From: Candidatus Methylomirabilia bacterium | GTDB taxonomy: Bacteria > Methylomirabilota > Methylomirabilia > Rokubacteriales > CSP1-6 | Length of the DNA: 19,240 nucleotides | Reading direction: 5' to 3' | Assembly (NCBI GenBank): GCA_041496385.1 | Contig: JBGQEL010000083.1 | Coordinates: forward strand, 1 to 19,240 | In this document: piece after piece, positions 7,640-15,858 of the stretch | How positions within the stretch are numbered: position 1 is the stretch's first letter | Layout: every line of letters begins with the position of its first letter | Notes under the pieces: generated by a model | Database searches by the model: none | What the model was told of the DNA's origin: nothing | Seen by the model: only the letters and a program-made list of their open reading frames with translations | Translations under genes and position numbers: made by a program

Positions 7640-9191
7640 GAATTTCTGGCCGCGCGGCCTGCTCGTCCTCGTCGTGCTCCTCGGGTCCATCTGGTACCTC
7701 TACCCGCCGAAAAAGACGATCAACCTCGGCCTCGATCTGCAGGGGGGGATCCACCTGGTGCTGGGCGTCGAGGCGGACAAGCACGTGGCGAGCCAGACCG
7801 ACCGGGCGGCCGAGGACCTCAAGGCGCAGCTCGAGCGCAAGGGCGTCGCCGTCAAGCGCATCGTCCGGGAGGGCGACTCGACGATCGCCGTCGAGCTCGC
7901 CTCGCCGCAGGCCTGGAACGACTTCCAGACGGTGACGTCGGAGTTCCAGCGCTTCGAGCGGCGTGACGAGGACGCGGCCGCGGGGCGGGTCAAGCTGGTG
8001 ATGAGCGAGAAAGAGGTCGGCCGGCTCCGCGACGACGCCGTCCGGCAGGGGCTCGAGACCATCCGTAACCGCGTGGACCAGTTCGGCGTGGCCGAGCCGA
8101 CGATCACCCGCCAGGGCGCCGACCGCATCCTGATCCAGCTCCCGGGTGTCCAGGATCCGGCGCGCGCGAAGGCGCTCATCGGCAAGACGGCGCTGCTCGA
8201 GTTCAAGCTCCTCGACGAGCGCACCGCGGTCGAAGAGGCGGTCAAGGGCAACCTTCCGGAGACCTCCGAGGTGCTCTACCAGCGGCGCATCGAAAAGGAG
8301 ACGAAGGCGGAGCGGAAGGTGCCCTTCGTCGTGCAGAAGCGCGGTCTACTCACGGGGGCCGAGCTCACGCGCGCGGAAGTGCAGGCCGACCCGAACTCGC
8401 CGGGCAACTGGCAGGTCGCGATCGAGTTCACCGCGACCGGCACGCGGATCTTCGGCGAGGTGACCGAGCAGAACGTCGGCAAGCATCTGGCGATCATCCT
8501 CGACGGCAACGTCTACTCGGCGCCCCGCATCAACGAGCGCATCCCGGGTGGGCGCGCCGTCATCACGGGGCAGTTCACCGTGGACGAGGCGCGCGACCTC
8601 GCGATCGTGCTCCGCGCGGGCGCGCTGCCGGCGCCGGTCACGATCCTCGAGGAGCGCACGGTCGGACCGTCGCTCGGCGCCGACTCGATCCGCCAGGGCC
8701 TGATCGCGATCACGGCCTCCGCGGCGGTCGTCTTCGTGTTCATGCTGTTCTACTACCGGGTGTCCGGACTCATCGCCGACGTCGCGCTCGGCCTGAACCT
8801 CCTGATCCTCTTCGCGGCGATGGCCGCGTTCGGCGCCACGCTCACCCTGCCGGGCCTGGCCGGGATCGCGCTGACCGTCGGCATGGCGGTGGACACGAAT
8901 ATCCTCATCTTCGAGCGGATCCGCGAGGAGCTGCGGGTCGGCAAGACGCCGCGCTCGGCGATCGACGCGGGCTTCACGCGCGCGTTCCGCACGATCATCG
9001 ACACGCACCTCACCGTCATGGTGACGGCGGCGATCCTCTACAACTTCGGCACGGGGTCGGTCAAGGGCTTCGCGGTCTCGCTGTTCGTCGGGCTCGCGGC
9101 GAGCCTCTTCACCGCCTACTTCTTCACGCGCCTGCTCTTCGACCTCGTGTACGTCGGCCGCCGCCAGCGGGTCGAGGCGATCTCGATCTGA
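7632..9191 (+). CDS. secD: Protein translocase subunit SecD
   Basis: ATG at 7632 overlaps the yajC end. INLGLDLQGG, IRNRVDQFGVAEP, LRAGALPAP, VGPSLG, GMAVDTNILIFERIREE, VKGFAV. Confidence 0.97.
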   Translation: MPRNFWPRGLLVLVVLLGSIWYLYPPKKTINLGLDLQGGIHLVLGVEADKHVASQTDRAAEDLKAQLERKGVAVKRIVREGDSTIAVELASPQAWNDFQTVTSEFQRFERRDEDAAAGRVKLVMSEKEVGRLRDDAVRQGLETIRNRVDQFGVAEPTITRQGADRILIQLPGVQDPARAKALIGKTALLEFKLLDERTAVEEAVKGNLPETSEVLYQRRIEKETKAERKVPFVVQKRGLLTGAELTRAEVQADPNSPGNWQVAIEFTATGTRIFGEVTEQNVGKHLAIILDGNVYSAPRINERIPGGRAVITGQFTVDEARDLAIVLRAGALPAPVTILEERTVGPSLGADSIRQGLIAITASAAVVFVFMLFYYRVSGLIADVALGLNLLILFAAMAAFGATLTLPGLAGIALTVGMAVDTNILIFERIREELRVGKTPRSAIDAGFTRAFRTIIDTHLTVMVTAAILYNFGTGSVKGFAVSLFVGLAASLFTAYFFTRLLFDLVYVGRRQRVEAISI

Positions 9192-9195
9192 GACG

Positions 9196-10134
9196 ATGAT
9201 CGAGCTCTTCAAGAAGCCCAACTACGATTTCATCGGCCGGCGGAAGTGGGCCTACTACGTCTCGATCGCGGCGACCCTGATCGCGATCGTGTCGCTGGTC
9301 GCCAAGGGCGGGCTCCGCTACGATCTCGACTTCACCGGCGGCACGCTCATCCAGGTGCGCTTCGAGCAAGCGCCCTCGGTCGGCCAGATTCGTGCCAGCC
9401 TCACGAAGATCCAGCTGGGAGAGTCCGTCATCCAGGAGTACGGGGACGCGCGCGAGTTCATCATCCGGCTGCCCCTCATCCAGCTCGCCTCGGAGGAGGT
9501 CGCCAAGCGCGTCCAGGGCGCGCTCGGCGCCGACCCCCAGCTCGGAGGGTTCGAGCTCCGCCGCGTCGAGTTCGTCGGGCCGCAGGTCGGACGCGACCTC
9601 CAGCTCCAGGCGATCTACGCGGTGATCGCCGGGCTCGTCGGTATCCTGCTCTACATCGCGGTGCGCTTCGACCTGAAGGGCGGGGTGGCGGCGGTCGTCG
9701 CCGTCTTCCACGACCTGCTGGTCTGTCTCGGCGCGCTCTCGATCGCCGATCGCGAATTCTCGCTCCCCGTGCTCGCCGCGCTGCTGACCGTCATCGGCTA
9801 CTCGGTCAACGACACGATCGTCGCCTACGACCGTCTGCGCGAGAACCGCGGCAAGTTCATTCCCAAGGGACGCACCTTCGCCCAGCAGATGAACGACGCG
9901 GTGAACCAGACGCTGTCGCGGACCGTCCTCACGTCCCTGACGGTGTTCTTCTCGGCCTCGGTGCTGCTGTTCTTCGGCGGAAAGACGCTCGAGGACTTTG
10001 CCTTCGTCCTCTTCGTCGGTGTCATCACCGGGACGTACTCCACCACCTACGTCGCCGCCGCGATCGTCGTCGACTGGGCCCAGTACATCGAGAGCCGCCA
10101 CCGGCGCGGCAAGAAGGCGGTCGCGAAGGCCTGA
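9196..10134 (+). CDS. secF: Protein translocase subunit SecF
   Basis: LDFTGG, VGPQVG, FHD, LTVIGYSVNDTIVAYDRLRE, NQTLSRTVLTS, GTYS. Confidence 0.97.
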   Translation: MIELFKKPNYDFIGRRKWAYYVSIAATLIAIVSLVAKGGLRYDLDFTGGTLIQVRFEQAPSVGQIRASLTKIQLGESVIQEYGDAREFIIRLPLIQLASEEVAKRVQGALGADPQLGGFELRRVEFVGPQVGRDLQLQAIYAVIAGLVGILLYIAVRFDLKGGVAAVVAVFHDLLVCLGALSIADREFSLPVLAALLTVIGYSVNDTIVAYDRLRENRGKFIPKGRTFAQQMNDAVNQTLSRTVLTSLTVFFSASVLLFFGGKTLEDFAFVLFVGVITGTYSTTYVAAAIVVDWAQYIESRHRRGKKAVAKA

Positions 10135-10164
10135 CGATCCGCCGCGCCGTCTCCAAGAAAGAGG

Positions 10165-10192
10165 TGGCGAATCAGCGCCGGCCGTGTAAAAT
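10165..10192 (+). promoter_or_regulatory. Putative promoter of rel
   Basis: TAAAAT at 10187-10192 in an AT-rich intergenic patch. The -35 is weak (TGGCGA). Confidence 0.45.
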
Positions 10193-10220
10193 TACTTGTT
10201 TAATCAAAGGTTTTCACGGC

Positions 10221-12365
10221 ATGACCCAACTGAAGACGCTGATCGAGGAGATTCCGAAGTACCAGCCAGGGGCCGACCTCGACCTGCTGGCCCGCGCCTA
10301 CGAATTCTCGGCGGCGTCGCATAAGGGGCAGCAGCGAGCCTCCGGCGAGCCGTACCTCTCCCATCCCCTCGAAGTCGCCAGCCTCCTCGTCAACTTCAAG
10401 ATGGACGTCACGACGGTCACCGCGGGCCTCCTGCACGACGTCCTCGAGGACACCAAGGCCACCAAGGCGGATCTCGAGCGCGAGTTCGGGAGCGAGATCG
10501 CCGAGCTCGTGGACGGCGTCACGAAGATCGGCAAGCTCGCCTTCTCCTCCCGTGAGGAGCGCCAGGCCGAGAACTTCCGCAAGATGCTCGTCGCGATGGC
10601 GCGCGACCTGCGCGTCCTGATGATCAAGCTGGCCGACCGCCTCCACAACATGCGGACACTCGACTACCTGCCGTCCGAGAAGGCGAAGAAGATCGCCCAC
10701 GAGACGCTGGACATCTACGCGCCGCTCGCGCACCGCCTCGGCATGGCGAAGGTCAAGGCGGAGCTGGAGGATCTCGCGCTCCGCACGCTCGAGCCCCAGG
10801 CGTACGTGGATCTCCAGAAGCGCGTCGCCAAGCGCCGCCTCGAGCGCGAGGCGGATATCAACCAGGTCATCGCGATCCTCGAGCAGAAGCTGTCCGAGGT
10901 CGGCATCGAGTCGCAGATCCGCGGGCGCCCCAAACACTTCTTCTCGATCTGGAAGAAGATGAACGATCAGGGCCGCGAGTTCGACGAGATCTACGATCTG
11001 ACGGCGGTCCGGGTCATCACGGGCTCGGTCCGCGACTGCTACGGCGCGCTCGGAGTCATCCACTCGCTCTGGAAGCCCGTCCCTGGCCGGTTCAAGGACT
11101 TCATCGCGATGCCCAAGGTCAACATGTACCAGTCGCTCCACACGACGGTCATCGGACCGAAGGGCGACCCGGTGGAGATCCAGATCCGTACCTGGGATAT
11201 GCACCGCATCGCGGAGGAGGGTATCGCGGCGCACTGGCTCTACAAGGAGAAGAAGTCGGGCAAGGACAAGCTCGACGACTCGCTCCTGTGGCTCCGCCAG
11301 CTCATCGAGACCCAGCAGGACATGAAGGACCCGCGCGAGTTCATGGACACCGTGCGGGTCGACCTGTTCCCCGACGAGGTCTACGTGTTCACGCCGAAGG
11401 GTGACGTGAAGGCGCTCCCCGAGGGCGCGACGCCGATCGACTTCGCCTATGCCGTCCACACCAAGGTGGGCGAGCGTTGTGTCGGCGCCAAGGTGAACGG
11501 CAAGCTCGTCCCGCTCCGCTACACGCTCCGCCAGGGCGACATCGTCGAGATCGTCACATCGCCCACGCAGCATCCGAGCCGCGACTGGCTGAAGATCGTC
11601 AAATCGACGCGGGCCCGGTCGAAGATCAACCAGTGGCTCAAGGTCGAGGAGCGGGCGCGCTCGATCGAGCTCGGGCGCGAGCTGTTCGAGCGCGAGGCGC
11701 GGAAGTATCACCTGAGTCCCGCGCCGCTCCTCGGCGGCGAGGAGATCAAGAAGGTCGCGGCCGATCTGGGATATCCGGGACCCGAGGACCTCCTGGCCGC
11801 GATCGGCTACGGCAAGAGCTCGGTCCACCAGCTCCTGAACAAGCTCGCGCCGAATGCGCTGCTCGAGGCGCCGGAGAAGCCGCGCCCCTCGGCCGCCGCC
11901 CGCGCGAGGACGGAGCAGGGGGTCAGGATCCGCGGCGTCGACGACCTCCTCGTCCGGTTCGCGAAGTGCTGCAACCCGCTGCCGGGTGACCAGATCGTCG
12001 GCTTCATCACGCGCGGCCGGGGGCTCACGGTGCACGGCCGGGACTGCCTGACCGTCGCCAAGAGCGTTCTGGATCGCGAACGCCTCATCAACGTCGAGTG
12101 GGACGTGGCCGAGCCCGGCAAGCGGCCGGTGCGAATCGCGGTCTACATCGGCCGGGACCGGCCGGGACTCCTCTCGGAGATCACCGGAGCGATCTCGTCG
12201 CGGAACGGCAACATCACCAAGGCCGAGGTCACGGTCACCGACGACCGCCGCGGCATCAACCATTTCGTCGTCGAGGTCGCCGACCTCAGCCAGCTGCAGG
12301 ACATCATCGGCGCGATCCGCGAGGTCCGCGACGTGATCAACGTCGAACGCGTCCGCGGGATCTAG
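10221..12365 (+). CDS. rel: Bifunctional (p)ppGpp synthetase/hydrolase (long RSH, Rel/SpoT)
   Basis: ATG at 10221. Intact HD hydrolase (HKGQQRASGEPY, LLHDVLED), IKLADRLHNMRTL, synthetase RFKD and YQSLHT and EIQIRT, TGS domain (TPIDFAYAVHT), AKCC zinc-finger region, C-terminal ACT domain. Confidence 0.97.
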   Translation: MTQLKTLIEEIPKYQPGADLDLLARAYEFSAASHKGQQRASGEPYLSHPLEVASLLVNFKMDVTTVTAGLLHDVLEDTKATKADLEREFGSEIAELVDGVTKIGKLAFSSREERQAENFRKMLVAMARDLRVLMIKLADRLHNMRTLDYLPSEKAKKIAHETLDIYAPLAHRLGMAKVKAELEDLALRTLEPQAYVDLQKRVAKRRLEREADINQVIAILEQKLSEVGIESQIRGRPKHFFSIWKKMNDQGREFDEIYDLTAVRVITGSVRDCYGALGVIHSLWKPVPGRFKDFIAMPKVNMYQSLHTTVIGPKGDPVEIQIRTWDMHRIAEEGIAAHWLYKEKKSGKDKLDDSLLWLRQLIETQQDMKDPREFMDTVRVDLFPDEVYVFTPKGDVKALPEGATPIDFAYAVHTKVGERCVGAKVNGKLVPLRYTLRQGDIVEIVTSPTQHPSRDWLKIVKSTRARSKINQWLKVEERARSIELGRELFEREARKYHLSPAPLLGGEEIKKVAADLGYPGPEDLLAAIGYGKSSVHQLLNKLAPNALLEAPEKPRPSAAARARTEQGVRIRGVDDLLVRFAKCCNPLPGDQIVGFITRGRGLTVHGRDCLTVAKSVLDRERLINVEWDVAEPGKRPVRIAVYIGRDRPGLLSEITGAISSRNGNITKAEVTVTDDRRGINHFVVEVADLSQLQDIIGAIREVRDVINVERVRGI

Positions 12366-12368
12366 CCG

Positions 12369-12743
12369 GTGACGCGGAGGCAGTTCGAGGCGCTGGTGGA
12401 GCGGGCGCTCCGGCGCCTGCCCGCGAAGTTCAAGGAGATGCTCGCCAACATCGCCGTCGTCGTCGAGGACTGGCCCGACGACGAGACGCTCGCCGAGCTC
12501 GAGATCGACCCGCCCGACACGCTCTACGGGCTCTACCGGGGCGTGGACCTGACGCACCGGGACTCGAACTACGGCAACGTCCTCCCCGACACGGTCACGA
12601 TCTACCAGGGGCCGATCGAGGAGGACTGCGCCGACGAGCGCGAGATGGCCGAGCTCGTCCGCGACACGGTCGTCCACGAGATCGGCCACTACTTCGGTCT
12701 CGACGACGAGACGATGGAGCGCATCGAGGGCTCAGATTCCTAG
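12369..12743 (+). CDS. Zincin-like metallopeptidase family protein (Zincin_1/DUF1025)
   Basis: FEALVERAL..LP, LYGLYRGV, PDTVTIYQGPI, and an HEXXH motif in VVHEIGHYFG. Confidence 0.88.
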   Translation: MTRRQFEALVERALRRLPAKFKEMLANIAVVVEDWPDDETLAELEIDPPDTLYGLYRGVDLTHRDSNYGNVLPDTVTIYQGPIEEDCADEREMAELVRDTVVHEIGHYFGLDDETMERIEGSDS

Positions 12744-14429
12744 ATGACCACGGGCCGCGCGCTCGTCGACGGCCTGGCGGGCGTGGCCTCCGGCTACGCG
12801 CCCGATGCCCGGAAGGCCAAGCTCGAGCTCCTGACGCGGCTCGAGACGACGCGCGTGGCGGAGGCCGCGGCGCTCCTCCGGCTCCACGAGACGCTGTGTT
12901 TCCTCCAGGCGTATCCCGACGACGCCGAGGTCCTCGCGCGCGTCGATGGGGCGCTCGCGGCCTTCCCCCAGCGCGTGGCGCGACTCGGACCCGGGGCGCG
13001 CCGCCGGCTCCACGACAGCGGCATCGCGGAGGCGACGCTCGACTATCCGTTCGGCTATCCGATGGCGCGCTGGCTCGGGCGCCGGTTTCCGCGCGAGACC
13101 GAGGTCGCCTGGAACCGGTTCGAGGAGGTCGAACGGCTCGACGAGACACTCTCGCTCCTCGCGAGCGCGGCCGAGGGCGACGCCTTCAGCGAGGGCGGGA
13201 TGGGCTGGCGGCGCTGGCTGCGCGTCGCGAAGGGCGGCCGGCGGATGACGGATCTCCAGCTGCTGCTCGAGATCTTCGAGCGCACCGGGCTTCCGGACGA
13301 GACCCGCGACTGGCTCTGGGAGAGTCTCGCGCTGCCCGTGCTCTGGCGCCCGCGGGGCCCGGGCGCGTCGCGCACGCTCGCGCGGGTCGCGGGGGCGCCC
13401 GGCTTCTTTCACGCCGAGGGTCTGCGCCGCGCGGCGGTGCCGCTGGCGCCTGCGCTCTCGGGCCCGCTCCCGGCGCTGCGGCGCGCGCCGCCGGCCCTCG
13501 CCGAGACCCTCATCGACGCCGCGCGCGTGACCATGGCCACGCGCCAGCGCGAGCTCCACGCGTTCTCGCACCCGAACCCCGACGACGTCCTGCTGGTGGA
13601 CGCCGGCCGCGGCCTGCGTCTGGCGTTCTTCGGGATCGCGCCCGGCTTCCGGCTGCCGCTCGAGGGCTACTACGCGTTCCTCGCGCTGAAGAACGGGGTG
13701 CCCGTGTCGTACGGCGGAGGCTGGGAGCTCTTCGGCACGCTCGACTTCGCCATCAACGTCTTCGCCTCGTTCCGTCAGGGCGAGTCGGCGCTCCTCGCGA
13801 CCGAGCTCCTCCGGGCCTACCGCCGGATCTTCGGCATGCGGACGATCGTCGTCGACCGCTACCAGCTCGGTCACGAGAGCATGGAGGCGCTCCGCTCGGG
13901 CTCCTTCTACTTCTATCATCGGCTCGGCTTTCGCCCGCGCGCCGCGGCGGTCCTCCGCGTGCTCGAACGCGAAGAGGCCAGGCTCGCCGCCGACCGCGGC
14001 TATCGCTCGCCGATCCCGGTGCTCCGGCGCCTCGCGGGCGACGAGGTCTACCTGACGCTTCCCGGCGGCCAGCCCGAGCCTGAGCGGCGTCTGCGCGCGA
14101 CGGACGTCGCGGGACTCGTCGCCCGCTTCGTGGCCCGCGAATTTGGCGGTGACCGGCTCCGCGCGGAGCGCGAGTCGTCCGCGCGAGTCCGGCGCGCCCT
14201 CGGTCTCGGACGCGCGCGCGAGGAGTCGGCGAGCGAGCGGCGCGCCTTCGAGCAGATGTCACTCGTCGCCGCGCTGATCCCCGATCTCGCGCGCTGGCCC
14301 GCGGCGGAGCGCGCGGCGCTCACCGCGCTGATGCGCGCGAAGGGGGGCCGGACTGAGATCGAGTACGCGCGCCGGCTCGATCGGCACGGGCGCTTCCGCC
14401 GCAGCCTGGAAGCCCTCGCGCGCGCCTGA
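12744..14429 (+). CDS. Hypothetical 561-aa protein with a possible central GNAT-like domain
   Basis: Long ORF with genome-typical codon usage, starting immediately after the zincin stop. NVFASFRQGESALL and FYFYHRLGF resemble GNAT motifs A and B. Confidence 0.8.
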   Translation: MTTGRALVDGLAGVASGYAPDARKAKLELLTRLETTRVAEAAALLRLHETLCFLQAYPDDAEVLARVDGALAAFPQRVARLGPGARRRLHDSGIAEATLDYPFGYPMARWLGRRFPRETEVAWNRFEEVERLDETLSLLASAAEGDAFSEGGMGWRRWLRVAKGGRRMTDLQLLLEIFERTGLPDETRDWLWESLALPVLWRPRGPGASRTLARVAGAPGFFHAEGLRRAAVPLAPALSGPLPALRRAPPALAETLIDAARVTMATRQRELHAFSHPNPDDVLLVDAGRGLRLAFFGIAPGFRLPLEGYYAFLALKNGVPVSYGGGWELFGTLDFAINVFASFRQGESALLATELLRAYRRIFGMRTIVVDRYQLGHESMEALRSGSFYFYHRLGFRPRAAAVLRVLEREEARLAADRGYRSPIPVLRRLAGDEVYLTLPGGQPEPERRLRATDVAGLVARFVAREFGGDRLRAERESSARVRRALGLGRAREESASERRAFEQMSLVAALIPDLARWPAAERAALTALMRAKGGRTEIEYARRLDRHGRFRRSLEALARA

Positions 14430-14488
14430 CGCGCCTGTTGTCAGCACCCTCTGGCGCACTCTTCTAGTCCCGGCCCGTAAGTTTTCCC

Positions 14489-14518
14489 TTGACAGGCACT
14501 TTCATCATTCCTTATGGT
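14489..14518 (+). promoter_or_regulatory. Sigma70-type promoter of the AbiEi-like unit
   Basis: TTGACA (14489-14494), 18-nt spacer, TATGGT (14513-14518). Confidence 0.75.
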
Positions 14519-14535
14519 TTCAGCGGATGCTGAAA
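14518..14535. promoter_or_regulatory. Inverted-repeat operator over the predicted transcription start
   Basis: TTTCAGC-GGAT-GCTGAAA, a perfect 7-4-7 inverted repeat immediately downstream of the -10. Confidence 0.65.
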
Positions 14536-14554
14536 GACAGGGAGTTAACGAAAC

Positions 14555-15604
14555 ATGCTCAAATCCGAGGAGATTCGTCGACAGGTGGCTCAGCGGCTTC
14601 GCGAGCTTCTACCGAAGGCGAAGGCCTGGGAGGAGAGCGCGGGCGTGAAGATCGCCGGTCAGAACGTAGATTTGTTGATCAAATTCCGCCTGGCCGACCA
14701 GGAGCACACTCTGGTCGTTGAAGTCAGCTCGCTCGGGCAGCCCCGGCAGATTCGCGCCGCCGTGACCCGTCTGTCAGAGATCCGACGTGAGGCTGCGGGA
14801 GCCTGTCCCGTTGCGGCCGCCGTGTACATCGGCCCCCAGAGCGCCCGAATCCTCAAGAGTCACAACCTCGGCTACGTGGACCTCTCGGGCAACTGTTCGC
14901 TGGCCTTCGAGAACGTCCTGATCGAGAAGGAGGGAAAGCGCAACGTCCGGGCCTCGACGCGGCCCCTGCGCTCGCTCTTCGCCCCGCGCGCGACGCGCGT
15001 GGTGCGGGTGCTCCTGGTCGATCCGGGGCGGGCCTGGCGGCTCGAGGAGCTCGCCCGGGCGGCCGAGGTGAGCCTGGGGCACGCGCACAACGTCGTGAAG
15101 CGGCTCGAGCAGCTCGCCTGGCTGGAGCGCGGCGAGGACCAGCGGATCCGCCTGGGCAAGCCGGCGGACCTCCTCGATAGCTGGTGCGACTCGTACACCT
15201 ACCGGGTCAACGAGCTCGCGTCGTACCTGGCGCCCGAGCGCGTCAGCCGCCGGTTCATGGCCGAGGTCGCGCGCGTGGCCGGTGCGGAGGGACGCCGCTA
15301 CGCGTTCACCCTCAACGCCGGCGTCTCGCTGGTCGCGCCGAATCTCCGTGTGCCCGTCGTCCACTGCTACCTCGAGGGTGACCCGGCGCCGGTCGCGCGC
15401 GCCCTCGGGCTCCGCCCCTCCGCGGAGGCCGACGGCACCCTGCACCTGCTCGCGCCCTATGACCCCGGCGTCTTCCACGGCGCGCTCGAGAAGGGCGGGC
15501 TGAAGGTCGTGTGCCTGCCACAGCTCTACGCCGACCTGCTCCGCTACGAGCGGCGCGGCCGCGACCAGGCCGAGCATCTGCGCCGCGAGGCGATGGGCTA
15601 CTGA
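14555..15604 (+). CDS. AbiEi-like (type IV TA antitoxin, AbiEi_2/DUF2186-like) winged-helix regulator
   Basis: GGGAG SD. N-terminal VDLLI...VVEV and YVDLSGN, central wHTH (RVVRVLL...LEELARAAEVSLGHAHNVVKRL), C-terminal PQLYADL...RGRDQAEHL typical of this family. Assignment is from motif recall. Confidence 0.75.
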   Translation: MLKSEEIRRQVAQRLRELLPKAKAWEESAGVKIAGQNVDLLIKFRLADQEHTLVVEVSSLGQPRQIRAAVTRLSEIRREAAGACPVAAAVYIGPQSARILKSHNLGYVDLSGNCSLAFENVLIEKEGKRNVRASTRPLRSLFAPRATRVVRVLLVDPGRAWRLEELARAAEVSLGHAHNVVKRLEQLAWLERGEDQRIRLGKPADLLDSWCDSYTYRVNELASYLAPERVSRRFMAEVARVAGAEGRRYAFTLNAGVSLVAPNLRVPVVHCYLEGDPAPVARALGLRPSAEADGTLHLLAPYDPGVFHGALEKGGLKVVCLPQLYADLLRYERRGRDQAEHLRREAMGY

Positions 15605-15631
15605 GTTCCGAGGAAGGGGGTGAACCCATCC

Positions 15632-15670
15632 ATGAAGAAGAAGGCGGCCAAGAAGAAAAAGAAGAGGTAA
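15632..15670 (+). CDS. Lysine-rich micro-ORF 1, MKKKAAKKKKKR (12 aa)
   Basis: GGGGGTGA SD ends 8 nt before the ATG, TAA stop. An in-frame GTG at 15620 is an alternative start. Below the ORF-track length cutoff. Confidence 0.62.
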   Translation: MKKKAAKKKKKR

Positions 15671-15724
15671 CGAGGCCGTGTCGTGCAGCGGTGAATCCTA
15701 CGACGAGGGGAGGTGAGACCTCTC

Positions 15725-15766
15725 ATGGCGAAGAAGAAGGCCACGAAGAAGAAGAAGAAGAAGTAA
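15725..15766 (+). CDS. Lysine-rich micro-ORF 2, MAKKKATKKKKKK (13 aa)
   Basis: Perfect GGAGGTGA SD (15709-15716) 8 nt before the ATG, TAA stop. Same layout as micro-ORF 1. Confidence 0.68.
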   Translation: MAKKKATKKKKKK

Positions 15767-15817
15767 CGCTGTATGTCGTACCGGGTGGGGGGTGGCGGCC
15801 TCCCACCAGTGACCATT

Positions 15818-15851
15818 CGGGAGGGGGCGACGCCCCCTCCCGTTTGTGTGT
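15818..15851 (+). terminator. Intrinsic terminator
   Basis: CGGGAGGGGGC-GAC-GCCCCCTCCCG, a perfect 11-bp stem followed by TTTGTGTGT, between the micro-ORFs and the convergent rpmB. Confidence 0.8.
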
Positions 15852-15858
15852 CTCGTGC

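Noticed and set aside
10200..12689. Long antisense ORFs (also 806-1822, 6164-7198, 12732-13919, 16050-18143)
   Set aside because: They mirror well-identified sense genes, a typical high-GC3 artefact, and show no recognisable motifs.
15609..15770. CRISPR-like or mobile-element repeat
   Set aside because: Only two imperfect low-complexity units, and no cas, transposase or integrase genes anywhere in the window.
15598..15816. Minus-strand 72-aa ORF with poly-Phe runs, resembling a Phe attenuator leader or membrane peptide
   Set aside because: It is the antisense shadow of the AAG runs. The SDs, starts, stops and terminator orientation all favour the + strand Lys ORFs, and no Phe-related gene follows.
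15632..15851. Lysine attenuator (leader peptide plus terminator) interpretation
   Set aside because: No co-oriented gene lies downstream of the terminator (rpmB is convergent), so there is nothing to attenuate in the classical way.
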